A stretch of 64,000 nt of DNA from the human T2T-CHM13v2.0 reference genome, Homo sapiens, in assembly GCF_009914755.1 (NCBI RefSeq), contig NC_060931.1. One strand, written 5' to 3'. Within the stretch, counting starts at the first letter, position 1. Each line of letters starts with the position of its first letter. Below, one piece after another: positions 14,683 through 33,011 of the stretch. Below the pieces are notes generated by a model, which was not told the DNA's origin, made no database searches, and was given only the letters and a program-made list of their open reading frames with translations. The translations under genes were made by a program, and so were the position numbers.

Positions 14683-15277
14683 AGAAGAATTACCTTGAGA
14701 AAAGCCCGTGAATGTACAAATCTGTGAGGAAAGCAGTTGTGTATCTGGGAAGGAAGTAGAGCTGAAAGCTGAGATTGTGTTGAAGCATGAGTATAGGATG
14801 AAAGAGTAGAGAGGCAGCACAGTCTATGACTAAGGAAATTAAGAGAACTCCTCAAAGGGAGTTTTGTTTTTTCTTCCTTTAAGGGAGAACGAAAAATAGA
14901 AGGTTATAGCAGAAAGTTGGGTATGATACTAGCTGTGGGCTTGTAATATGTAGCTTTTATTGTGTTGAGGTACATTCCTTCTATACCTAATTTATTGTAA
15001 GTTTTTATCATGAGAAGATGTTGAATATTGCTAAATGCTTTTTCTGTATTCACTGAGACAATCATATAATTTTTATCCTTCATTCTGTTAATGAATCCAA
15101 AGCAGTCTCGGGTGAAAAACACAAAGCTGGAGGCATTATACTTCTTGATTTCAAAATATAATACAAAACTATTGTAATCAAAACAGCATGGCATTGGCAT
15201 GAAGACAGACATGTAGACCAAAGGAACAGCATAGAAAGCTCAGAAATAAATACACACAGTTACAGGCAATTGATTTT

Positions 15278-15563
15278 TTGTTTGTTTGTTTTAGATGTTT
15301 TTTTGGAGACAGGGTCTCAATCTGTCACCCAGGCTGTCCAGTTTAGCAGCATAATCTCACTCACTGCAACCTCTGCCTCCCAGGTTCAAATGACTCTCCT
15401 GCCTCAGCCTCCCAAGTAGCTGGGATTATAGGCACAAACCACCACACCCAGCTACTTTTTGTATTTTTAGTAGAGACAGGGTTTCACCATGCTGGCCAGG
15501 CTGTTCTCGAACTCCTGACCTCAAGAGTGCTGGGATTACAGGCATGAGCCACCGCACCCAGCC
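15278..15563 (-). mobile_element. Alu with an internal deletion of about 25 bp
   Basis: cctgacctcaag joins directly to agtgctggg. Confidence 0.93.
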
Positions 15564-15646
15564 TGAATATCCAGTTTTACCAATACAATTTATTGGAGAG
15601 ACTGTACTTTCCCTATTGTGTATTGTGGCACCTTTGTCAAAGATCA

Positions 15647-16027
<381 letters not shown>

Positions 16028-16070
16028 TTATCTTACACTATATACAAAAATCAACTTAAAATGGATTAAA

Positions 16071-16351
16071 GGGGCCAGTGCAGTGGCCTGTAATCCCAGC
16101 ATGCAGGAGTATCACTTGAGGCCAGGAGTTTGGGACCAGCATGGCCAATATAATGAGACCCTGTCTATACAAAAAAATACAAAAATTACCCGGGCATGGT
16201 TGTGAGCACCTGTCACAACCATGTGAGGCTGAGGTAGGAGAATTGCTTGAGCCCAGAAATTAGAGGTTACATAGAATTATGAGCATGCCACTGAACTCCA
16301 GCCTGGGTGACAGAGCGAGACCCTATCTCTAAATGTAAATAAATAAATAAT
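16071..16351 (+). mobile_element. Alu (AluJ-like, with deletions)
   Basis: TSD atggatta; (TAAA)n tail. Confidence 0.88.
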
Positions 16352-16680
16352 ATGGATTAGAGACTGAAACATAAGATCTAAACTGTTAGACTATGAGAAT
16401 AAAACATAGGGAAATAGCTTCTTGACTTTTTTTTTTGGTGAAGATATTTGGATATGAGCCCAAAAAGCACAGGCAATGAAAGCAAAACTAGACAAACAAG
16501 ATTGCATCAAACTAAACAGTTTCTGCACAGCAAAGGGAACAATCAACAGAGTGAAGAGACAACTTACAGAATGGGAGAAAATATTTGCAAAGCATATATC
16601 TGATAAGGAGTTGTTATCCAAAATATATAAGGAACCCAAACAGTTCACCCCATTAAAATTTGGGCAAACGACCTGAATAG

Positions 16681-17059
<379 letters not shown>

Positions 17060-17789
17060 TCATCAGGGAAAATGCAAATTAAAACCACAACCTCAAACTT
17101 GTTAGAATTGCTATTATCAGCAAGAGAGATAATAACAAGTGTTGGTGAGGGTGTGGAGAAAAAGGAACCCTTACACACTATTAGTGGGAATGTAAATTAG
17201 TATAGCCGTTATGGAAAACAGTATGGGGGTTCCTCAAAAGAATTAAAAGTAGAACTACCATATGATCTAACAATCCCACTTCTGAGAATATATCAAAGGT
17301 GAGGAAATCAGTATGTTGAATAAATATATGCATTTTCATGTTCGCTGCAGCATTGGAATCAATCTAAATGTAAATAATCAGATGAATAGATAAAGAAATG
17401 TGTTATATATATGCAATGTAATTTGGTTTAGCCTTAAAAATGAAGAAAATCCTGTCATTTGCAACAAGACATATGAACCTGCAGGACTAAGTGATATAAG
17501 TCAGGCATAGAAAGAAAAATATCACATGGTCTCGTATATATGTGGAATCTGAAAAAGTTGAACTCATAGAGGCAGAGACTAGAATGGTGGTTGCCAGGGG
17601 CTGGGGGTTGGAGGTGGGGGCAGGGGAAGATGATGGTCAAAGGGGCAAAGTTTCAGTTAGATGGGATGAATAAGTTCTGGAGATCTATTGTACAGCAAGG
17701 TGACTAGAGTTAATGTGTACTTTAAATTTCGTAAGAGATTAGATCTTAAATGTTCTTATCATTAAAACACAAGTATATGAGGTGATGAA

Positions 17790-18120
<331 letters not shown>

Positions 18121-19559
18121 TTAGTCATCTCACAGTGTAGTCATAGATCAAACATTATATGTACTATCAACATTTATAATTTTATTTTCAATTAAATAAA
18201 AAATCATCAATTTAAAACATTGGGAAAAAAAAGGATCTGTTGTTAAGATGAATAATTAGGAAGTTAAAGACAAACCAAAAAAGGAAAAATCAGATTTCTT
18301 CCAAAGAAGTAATGCTATTGGTTAGGTTAAATGCAAATTGACTTCAATACAAAATATGGTTTGTTGTCTTCTTGAGGAAAACTGAGCGAAATATAAGTGA
18401 ATTGGGAACATGCTCTGGTTCTGTATAACTGAAGTCATTAGTTATATTCATGGGCATTGCATATTTTTATATGATATGAACTACAAATGAGGAAAATCAG
18501 GTCTTCAACTTGTGATAATTGATAATTACTAGTGGGAGAATATCCCAAAGGAAAAAAGAATAAAATGGGGAGAAATGTTTTATGGTGATGTAACTTAATT
18601 TTCTTATTAGATACTTCAAAACACTTTGGAGCTTTCAAATGTTCTTAAACAATAGAAAAATAATTAAGTTCAAGATATAAAAGAAATAGAAATGGAAAGA
18701 TCTATTGATGTTAACATGTATTTCCTGAGTTTAGATTTTGTCCTTGGAGAACCTAGTAGAATCATGAATTTAATGGACTATTCCTAAAGCTGTGTTTAAT
18801 GATATCGGAATCATATATATTGTCTACTTTCAGAGTTAGAACAATTTGTTTTTATTACTAAGTTAATTAATTTCACCTTTATCTTTGTACTTTCTCAGGT
18901 CAGGGAATTTTAAATTTTATTTATTTATTTATTTATTCTTGTTTTTTTCTTTTTTGGGGGGGGGGCAAGAATTTTATTTAGAATAAAATGTTGCCATCGT
19001 GTCCTTGTGTATTGGCTAATCAATCAGTGGTGACTATTTACCCATCTTAATTTATGGACCATGTCTGTAAACTAGATCATGTCTCTTTGGTCCCAACTAT
19101 TATGCCATCATTGTAGCTAAATGATAAAGAAACCACCTGCATCAAGCATTGTGGCGAGGTGTAATTCTAGGAAAATTACTTTAGTTCTTCACAGAATGGG
19201 TATGAGGTATAACGGTGAGTACTTTTTTAATGTTTATAATTGGTTTGTCGGCTAGAGTCATTATATACCAGCAATGATAATCAGACCTTAGTTACCTGGA
19301 GAGCTTAGCAATCTAACATTATGGTTGATTTCATTTTCTAGATGAATAATAGTTAAAAGGTAGCTGCTTTAGTTTAAACCCTTGTCAGAGAAATTCTTCT
19401 AAAATGCTTTAATTTACTTTTCTATTGTGATCCATTCCATATGCTAAATATATTTTCACCTCCAAGGGTATTATTCTGATCTAATTCCTTTTACATATTG
19501 ATATTCACTTAGGAAGTAAGAAATTAAGTTGCATCTGTACAAACAGAATCCAACCATCC

Positions 19560-20430
19560 ATCCCTGCTCCTCATCTATTATGTGCCAGAGTATACAATGA
19601 ATGATAGATAAGCCAGCAAGTTTCTTGCCTCATGGAACTTTTATTGTAGTTGGAGATATAGACAACAAACAAGTAATTAGTAATAAATGTACATTAGGAA
19701 ACACAGGGTTTGCTAAAGATAACAGGGGCACTTGTGTTAGGCTGGGTAGGAAAGATTACTTTAAGGAGTTAAAATTGCGGGGATGAGAAGGAGCCTGCCA
19801 CAGGACTAGCCAAGTCAAGATACTCTCGCCTCTCTCTTAGGAGAACCCCTTTTTTTAAGTTTCATTAGGCCCACATGGATAATCCAGGATAATCTCCCAT
19901 CTCAAGATCTTTAATGTTATCACATCTATGATGTTCCCCTTACCATGTAAGGTGGCATATTCATAGGTTCTGGGGATAAGGACATTGACATCTTTGGAGA
20001 CTATTTTCAGCCTACCACAGGTGGTAATAAGGAAGGAGAAAAGGGTAGACATAGTAGTGGTTAAACATTGTAGAACATGTGAAACTTTCTTCTGCTTCAG
20101 GCCTTTGCATTTATTGTTTGGTGTGACTGACTGAAAGCCTTCTACTAGCAGTTGTGATTGGTACTAAATCTGGCCATTTCTTCATACTCACGTGAAGAAT
20201 AAACATTGGGTGTGGCATTTCAAATAATAACCCTATGTCCTATAGTTAGTAGGTCCATTCAAAGTAAGGAATCAGTAACAGGCTGTTTTTTGTTTGTTTG
20301 TTTGTTTGGCTGGGAAAGAGGGACTTTCTTGGCAGGACATTGGGCCAAGCCTGTAGAGCCGGAGTTGACTACTAGTGTTGTTTTGGTGGAATGGTAGTAG
20401 AAGCAACACAAGACTGCAGACAGCTTTAAT
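19560..20430 (-). mobile_element. L2 fragment disrupted by an inverted insertion
   Basis: Degenerate L2 3'-end motifs (tatgtgccag...gcctcatggaactt; gttttggtggaatggtag...agactgca). Confidence 0.6.
19819..20069 (-). repeat. Inverted duplicate of 22477-22724 (flank plus 5' part of an MLT1 LTR)
   Basis: Reverse complement aligns end to end; ORFs 19855..20052(-) and 22494..22706(+) translate almost identically. Confidence 0.95.
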
Positions 20431-20639
20431 CTTTCTGTCACTTGGACCCTGACTGGAGGGTGGTATTGAGAAGGTTGACATGGCTTCTGGAAAAGAGTGC
20501 CGTGATTATTATCCTTGCCTGCTGAGGTGCAACACTGGGAGGGTGCTATAAGTTTGCTGATCTTGGCATAGGTGCTGCATTACATAGGCTGTTTATATTC
20601 TCTAAAGTTGAATTATTGTGATCAGCATTGAGCGATAGA

Positions 20640-22085
<1,446 letters not shown>

Positions 22086-22129
22086 TTTTTGAGTGTGCTT
22101 ATTACCGACACCTATAATTTAAAATTCCC

Positions 22130-22395
22130 TATTAGCCCCATTAAAAAAATAAAGAGGAACAGATGAGATTAATTTTGATTATATATTTTATTCAACCAAA
22201 TATATCCAAAATATTTTCCTTTCAAAATGTAAAATTTGTATAAAATTAATAATTATTTTACTTTTTTCTTATATGATGTCCTTCAAGTTTTATATGTAGT
22301 TGTACATTTACAACACATCTTAATTTGGAATATTGCCATCAAAGTCTCAATAGCCACATGTGGGCAGTGGCTATTGTAATGGCTAGAATAGTCTT
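22130..22395. mobile_element. MER33-like hAT-Charlie element
   Basis: caaatatatccaaaatatt ... ctcaatagccacatgtgg.cagtggcta. Confidence 0.65.
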
Positions 22396-22734
22396 AGAAC
22401 ACAGAAGAATGGGCTGATGCTTTGAAATTTCAGTCTTTTCTTTCTTCCTTCCCCACTCATGTTGAAAGTGAAAAATAATGTTTAACCACTACTATGTCTC
22501 TTTCCTCCTTCCGTATTATCACCTGTGGTAGGCTGAAAATAGTCTCCAAAGATGTCAACGTCCTTATCCCCAGAACCTATGAATATGCCACCTTACATGG
22601 TAAAGGGAACATCATAGATGTGATTAAATTAAAGATCTTGAGATGGGAGATTATCTTGGATTATCCATGTGGGCCTAATGAAACTAAAAAAAAAAGGTTC
22701 TTGTAAGAGAGAGGCGAGAGTATCAGAATCATTA

Positions 22735-25273
<2,539 letters not shown>

Positions 25274-26789
25274 TAGTTTGCGATGTGATAATGGTAGCAA
25301 GAAGTTGAAGTGATTTGAGGAATGAGGTCACACATCTAACATATGCACTCAGCCTCTAGAAGCTTAAAGAGGCAAGGAAACAGATTCTCACTTGAGAGCC
25401 TCCAGAAGGAACCAGCTTTGTCGACACCTTGACATTAGCCCATGCGGAGTGATTTCAGACTTCTGACCTCCAGGATTATAAAATAATAAATTTGTCTTGT
25501 TAGAAGCCACTAAGTTTAGGGGCAATTTGTTACAGCAGTAACGGGAAACCAATTCACCACCTTAGCAGGTGGAGGTGGCTACAGACAGTTTTGGTTTTAT
25601 ATACCATATGTATATACATACATTCTGTACAAATGAAGGTCTTTATCAGTTCTGATTCAAGCTTTACATTGCTGGTGGAGTTGTACTTATTTTTAATTTC
25701 AGCAGTTTTATATTTTAGGTGGATTTTCATAGGGACAGGGGATTAACACATTGTTGAGAGACAATTGTAAGAAATTTCAGCCTTGCTCTAGAGTCTGTAT
25801 TTTTTAAAGTTCCAGAAACACTGTCTTCTTGGTGGGATAGTTATTTTCAGTTCAATCAGTTCTTCCTGAAACTGAACCACACTTACAGGATAGACGACAA
25901 TTCAGATGCATTTTGAGGTTTTCTTTAAAGGAAGCGGCAGACACTTAAAGCATGATTTGAAATCATGTAAGTCATTGAGTCCTTTATGAAATGATGATTT
26001 CCTTTCCACCAGACAGCTCTGTAATTCTTTTATATCTTTGATTCTATTGAACTCAAGCCAGGTCACAATAGTAAAATGAGTACATTCTCCTTTTGCCTTC
26101 TGCTAAGTCTGTAGGCCCAGTTTGAGTTTGAAATTTGTACTTCATTAAGTAAAGACATACTTTTAAAATTCTGTGACTGTAGTTTCTGGTGCGGTATAGT
26201 CAGATATGTTTTGTCAGGTTTAATAATGCACTATCTTATCTTGTAAGCCCCTGAGGGAAAATCAGGTGCATCCATCTTTCAGTCTTTTAACTACAGAAGC
26301 TCTTGACTTGAGATATCAGCTCAATGAATCTGAAATTTAGTTTATTCTGATACACATTCTACTTCTGTATTTTCTAACTATCCCCAAGCTGTTGCAGATT
26401 GGTATGTAACGTCATGAAAAAAACCATATTGGTCACTTCATCATATTATTTAATGAAACCGATCTAGAAGACAGGTTCAGAGCTGTATTTAGAGCATAAG
26501 TTTTCTGTCAATGGAGGCTGGAATTAATGATTTGCATTTTTGTTTGTTTAAAAGTGTTGAAAACTTTTTTTTTAATTGTATGTAGTCATATTTGGTAATG
26601 AGAATTTTTCTGTGTTTATACCATACTTAAGATTTTTATGGCAGCTTGTTAGGTCTTATTGTCACTATGAAAAAGTGAGTATTAACCATTTTGTTGTTGT
26701 TGCTACTGTTAAAAGTCTCAAGTTGAGTGTGCTTTGACGCTCAGGAGGACTCAACTTGGTCTCTAAGCTGTACCTTGGTCCTTCACAAC

Positions 26790-27150
26790 ACCAGTGCTCA
26801 ACGTTGGCTGCCCATTGGAATCACCTGTGGAGTTTTCAGAATTTCTGCTGTCTCTTTCCCATCCCCAGAGATTCTAATTTAACTGGTATAGGGCATGGTC
26901 TGTGTACTGAGGTTTTAAAAATCTCTCCGGATGATTCTGATGGGCAGCAAAGTTTGAAAACTGCTGTCCCACAGAATAATTCATGAACTTATGATGTATA
27001 AAAGTACCAGTGAGCTTTTTGAAAAACTGATTCCTGGGCCTCACACGCAAGCATTGAGATCCACTCAGTCTGGGGCAGGATTCAGGAATCTGCATTTTGG
27101 AGTAGCACCCCAGATAACTCTGATGCAGTAGACCCAGGGGTTACAATTTA
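26790..27150. mobile_element. Two adjacent MER5-family (hAT-Charlie) MITEs
   Basis: gaatcacctg...ccccagagattctaatt...gatgattctgatg; caggaatctgcatttt...ccccagataactctgatgca. Confidence 0.7.
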
Positions 27151-27278
27151 AAAAGAAAGTGTGTTTTAGGGTAAACCTGCAAGGTGTGTCTCTTATGTAG
27201 AGAGGCTTCTTGGATGGTTCCACTAATACTATCATTTGATACTCCTAAAATTAAATGGCATTGACTTTCCCCAAATAA

Positions 27279-27736
<458 letters not shown>

Positions 27737-27997
27737 TGATAACTGTGTGGATACAATGAACACAACTGAGGCAACGAAGATATGGACTAAGTGAATAACA
27801 GCAGCTTACCTGTGTAACTGGTAGTCTTTAGGAGTGTTTAGGAGCTCTTCATCTGAAGCCCTTGTCCTGAAAGGAAGCAGCAGCAGAGAGGGACATTCCA
27901 ATGGCCATAGACATGAACCTCAAGTTAGATTCCGCTGGTCACATATTGGTTCCAGAGTTTACATACCAGTCTTTTAAATCATATTCACTTCCCATAG

Positions 27998-28318
<321 letters not shown>

Positions 28319-28709
28319 TGATGCATTATTAATCTCGGCACTTTGAAAAATGAAAATTTAAAAGCTAGCTTAGCTGTCAGTTGGAAAATATGCTGCGCAA
28401 AAAGCTTAGATTCTGAAGTAGTTCTGTGGTGAAGGGCATTGTTAAATTAACCAGAAACTGTGTTTTATTAGTGTACGTGCAAATCATTTACACAAATGAT
28501 TGAAATGTGTAACAGATATACAGAAAATAGAGACAAAGTCTTATCTTTCAGTGTTTCTTCATTATGACTGTAAAAGTATGGAGCATAGTACTTTTTCACA
28601 TCTTTAACAAAAGAAATTCATATTAGAAAAAAATGCCAAAATGATACAAATGTATAATTTAATAAGTAAATTTTTTTTTTGCATTTCCACTGCTTAGTGA
28701 TAACTACTA

Positions 28710-29174
<465 letters not shown>

Positions 29175-30294
29175 CTAAACTTTAGAATTTAGTTATGTCA
29201 TAATGTAAACATTGTCTGTATGAGAATTTTGTAAAAATAATTGCCTATTTAGGTGCATAGATAAATTTTGCATTTTTTAACGCCTGCCCAGTTCTTCTCC
29301 TTACACCCCCTTATCTCTCCTCTACCATATGCTTAATTGCTGCATCCGTTTCTTTTTGGAGGTTCTGTAGTGTAGGTGCTGCTGATGGCAGAACTAGTCA
29401 TGATTTACTTTGCCATGTGTAGGGCAGGTGCTTTCAGCCTTAATCAGTGACTGTTTCTGAACTCTGCAAAACACACTAATTGAAAAGTCATGTTAGGCAG
29501 CACAAAAGTACCCTATATGATGATAATATATCCTTGTTGGGCGACTGAGATGCTGTTAATAGTTTGGATGCCTTAAGTTAGTAGTTTGGGTTGGTCTTGT
29601 CTGAATTTATATACTTAATTAAGAAATAGTGGAGAATTTAAATGTAAGGTAATTTTGTGCAAGTCATAGGAAAATAAAAGATAGGTTATTACTTATGCTA
29701 GTTTCCTTTTTTTATGTGAAAATTCTGAATTGCTTATTGAAAAGACTAAAGTTAAATATTCGATTCCCTTGCAGAAGAGGATGAACACGTGCTTCACCTA
29801 CTTTATCGCTGGATGGCACTGTGTGCTCTTGGGCTGCCCTACAAATGGGATCTCTTTGGTGGTCAAAATGTTGTGTACCCATGTTTCTGGAGAAGGCTTT
29901 TTGTGTTCTTTTCTAATGTTTGTAATAGCACGTGTTACTTGTTGTCAAGTGCATATTACATTTTATATTGTAGTTATTAGTAGGAGAATATTTTAATTTC
30001 AATGCAATGCAATTTTTTTTTCCCTTATAAGGCAAAATCTCAGAGAGAGGGGGAAGGGAGAGAGACAGAGTGAGTGACTCGTGTGTGTGTGTGTGTGTGT
30101 GTAATTAATTTTAAGCTTATTGTTGAATTAACTTCTCTCTCCATTTGGTAACCTTCCTGTATAGGCCTCTAGGGTAGTGGTTAGGAAAACCTTAGTCTCT
30201 CTTTCGTGTGTGTGTGAGTTTGTGTGTGTGTAATTGATTTCGAGCTTATTGTTGAACCCACTTCTTTCTATTTGGTAACCATCCTATATAGGCC

Positions 30295-30562
30295 TCTAGA
30301 GTAGTGGTTAGGAGCATGGACTCTGGAGCCAAACTACATTGATTTAAATCCTCAATATACTGCTAAGTAGCTATGACCCTCAAGCAAGTCATGAAATGCT
30401 CTATGCTTTAGTTTCCTCATTCACTAAATGGGAATAATAATAGTGTTTGCCTCCAAGGATTGCTGAGGATTAAAATGAATTAATTTTTGTTAAGTTCTTA
30501 TGGCAGTGCCCATTACATAGTAAGCACCAAATAAATGTTAGCTTTATGACTATATTATTATT
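30295..30562 (+). mobile_element. MIR
   Basis: gtagtggttaggagcatggactctggagcc ... agtttcctcat...aaatgggaataataatag ... taaatgttagct. Confidence 0.85.
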
Positions 30563-32794
30563 ACCACTACCTTAGTTTCTCCTTTTTCTTCTCTTTCCTT
30601 CAGTCCCTCTTCTGTCCATGTTCACCTTATTACTACATTCCTTAGCCATGCATGTCCTGCCCTAGGAGCCCATTGGTTGCAGCAAAGCCTGATTTTTACC
30701 TAAAGCGTTTACTTTTTGATAGTCTTGCAATTATGATGTCTTCCATTATGAAGTAAGAGTCTTACTTTGCTACTACTTTTTTTTTTTAATTTCAATTAGG
30801 GTAATGTACATGTTAAAATACTTCAACCAAAATTAAATGAAACATGCTGATGGCGTATTTCTTATTGTAAACATCCATGTGAAGCTTATGGATTCTGGCT
30901 GATTCGTAGAGTAGGCAGAGAACTGAGATAACATGAATGTTCAGGAAAGACCTCTTTGGTAGTGAGCTGTGATGCAAATCTGATCATTTTGAGGAAAAGT
31001 ACTCCAGTGCACATTGACCTCTTTCGCTAAAAGAGATCTTGAGGTAACTGACGTCCAGACCTTTAGCATTAAATTGGTGAAAATCAGTACACTGAAACAA
31101 AGCTCAACATGAATTAGTACAGCCAGCACATATTACCCACTACAGATAAAACTGTTATTCTCTTTTTTTGGGTCTTGTTTTGTTTTGGGTTCTATCCACA
31201 AACTGCTCTTGACTCTAAACTACATCATTTCCTGAACTTTCTAATGTATTCTCAAGCATGTCCTATATACATGAAGGATGTCAAAACTCAGAGACGAAAT
31301 TTTTTTCAAGATGATTCATAACAATGGTATTTGAATTTTGTCCCTGCCCAAAATTTATATTAAGAATCTAAGAAGACACATGATATTGTTTTCCTCCTTC
31401 TGTTTTTTAAACATAGCCTTTTTTTTTGTCTCATGTAACCTCAAAACATGTTCATGTCCTTCCTTTCCTTTCCCTTCCTTCCCTTACCATCCTCCCTCCC
31501 TTCCTTGCCTCCTTTGTGTTTCCTTAACCTTTTTTTCTTGAAGTTAGCTACAAGCCATGCATGGCTAAGTAATGTTGACCTTATAATTTGGGGACTAGGA
31601 TAGAATTCCAAATACTTGTTATTTTTGAGTATCTTGATTTAAAAAAAAAAAAAAGATCAGTCACCATGCTAAAGTAGGCCTGAGGCTGAAAGTGAGGTTA
31701 GTGAGGGGAAGAGGAAGGAAGACAGATTTTTTAAAGTGGTGCATTGGGATAGAGACTTCTTATAGTTGCTCATATTGCATAGTTTTAATGGTGGAAGTGA
31801 TTACTGTTAGGACAGTGTCAAGAAATATAAAACCCATTGATGGGAACTGTTTTAGGAACTTCCATTGGTCTTTGTTCTTTCCTCAATTTTGTCATCTGTA
31901 TTTGTTCTTAGGACCTTGGAAGTGGTTTTTGAACAATAATTTTCTTTTAGTGGGTAGGACTATGAAGTTCATGCCCCAGGGGAAGAGACTGATACGTGCA
32001 ATCATTATTGTCGTGGGAAACACAGACCTATATATTAGAACAGGATACACTGCAGTCATTTGTGTAGGAATCCACTTAAGATGACTTGAAAGAGAATTTT
32101 CCTGACCACTATCATGTCTGGCTTCATGTTCAGACATTCTTACTGAAATACTCATTTAATCAGAGGTTTCTCTTGTGAAGGAATTTTTTTTTTTTTTGGG
32201 TCCAGGTTTTCAAGAGTTCCGTCAAATATCTGTATAAGGTTTTTAGACAAATGAAGAAAACCTGCTTTTGAGAAGCAATGATGGCTTTTTCACTAGAAAT
32301 AAAAAGTTCCAGGTTTTATAGTTTGTTTCTTAAAAATATATGATTAAATAATTATCTTCTCTTTTAAAAAATTTGTTTTTTGCTGACTTCTTACTTTGTG
32401 ACTTGAAATGTATGTTACAGTCTTCTTTTGTGCTTGAATAACAATGGTTTGAAAAGGAACAAAAAGGCTTCTAAAGATGGTATTTCAATTTGTCCAACAG
32501 TGTTCAATTTAAGCCTTTTATTTTTTAAACTTTCAAACAAGCACAGTGACTTGATTTTTTTCCCCATGTTATCATCTAAGAGTGTGTTTTGAATGTGTGT
32601 TTTGACCGTAAACCAGGAGTTGCAAAGTCAAATGCTTAACTATGCCAGACGGGTAATTAAAATAAGTGAACTGAGTCAGACGAAAAACAATAGGAAATGG
32701 TGATGGATATGGACTAAAGAGCCCACATCCTGTCTGAGGAGAGAGTCACTACTCTCTCCAGCATGTGCTACCACGTGACATTGTGATCCCAGTG

Positions 32795-33011
32795 CAGTGG
32801 TGTGCTGGTAAATGTTTAACAACTGGCTCATTAAAACAAGAAAAACAACAACAACAAACTGTCACAGGTTGCATTTGCCAATTCTCATGGTGTAAACACT
32901 CCCACATAGCTAATTTCAAGCCTCTACTATGATTGTCACTGCACATGTTTAGAAGAGATACTAATAATTGGCTCAATGAGCAAGTACAAGCTAGCTGCAG
33001 CACACCACTAG
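32795..33011. mobile_element. MER63-like hAT element nested in an older DNA-transposon fossil (about 32612-33153)
   Basis: Terminal repeats cagtggtgtgctg / cagcacaccact; cccagtg on both flanks. Confidence 0.75.

Noticed and set aside
31692-32155. Overlapping 130-aa and 87-aa ORFs in unique-looking DNA
   Set aside because: No recognisable domain, and the two SUGCT exons join without needing an extra exon.
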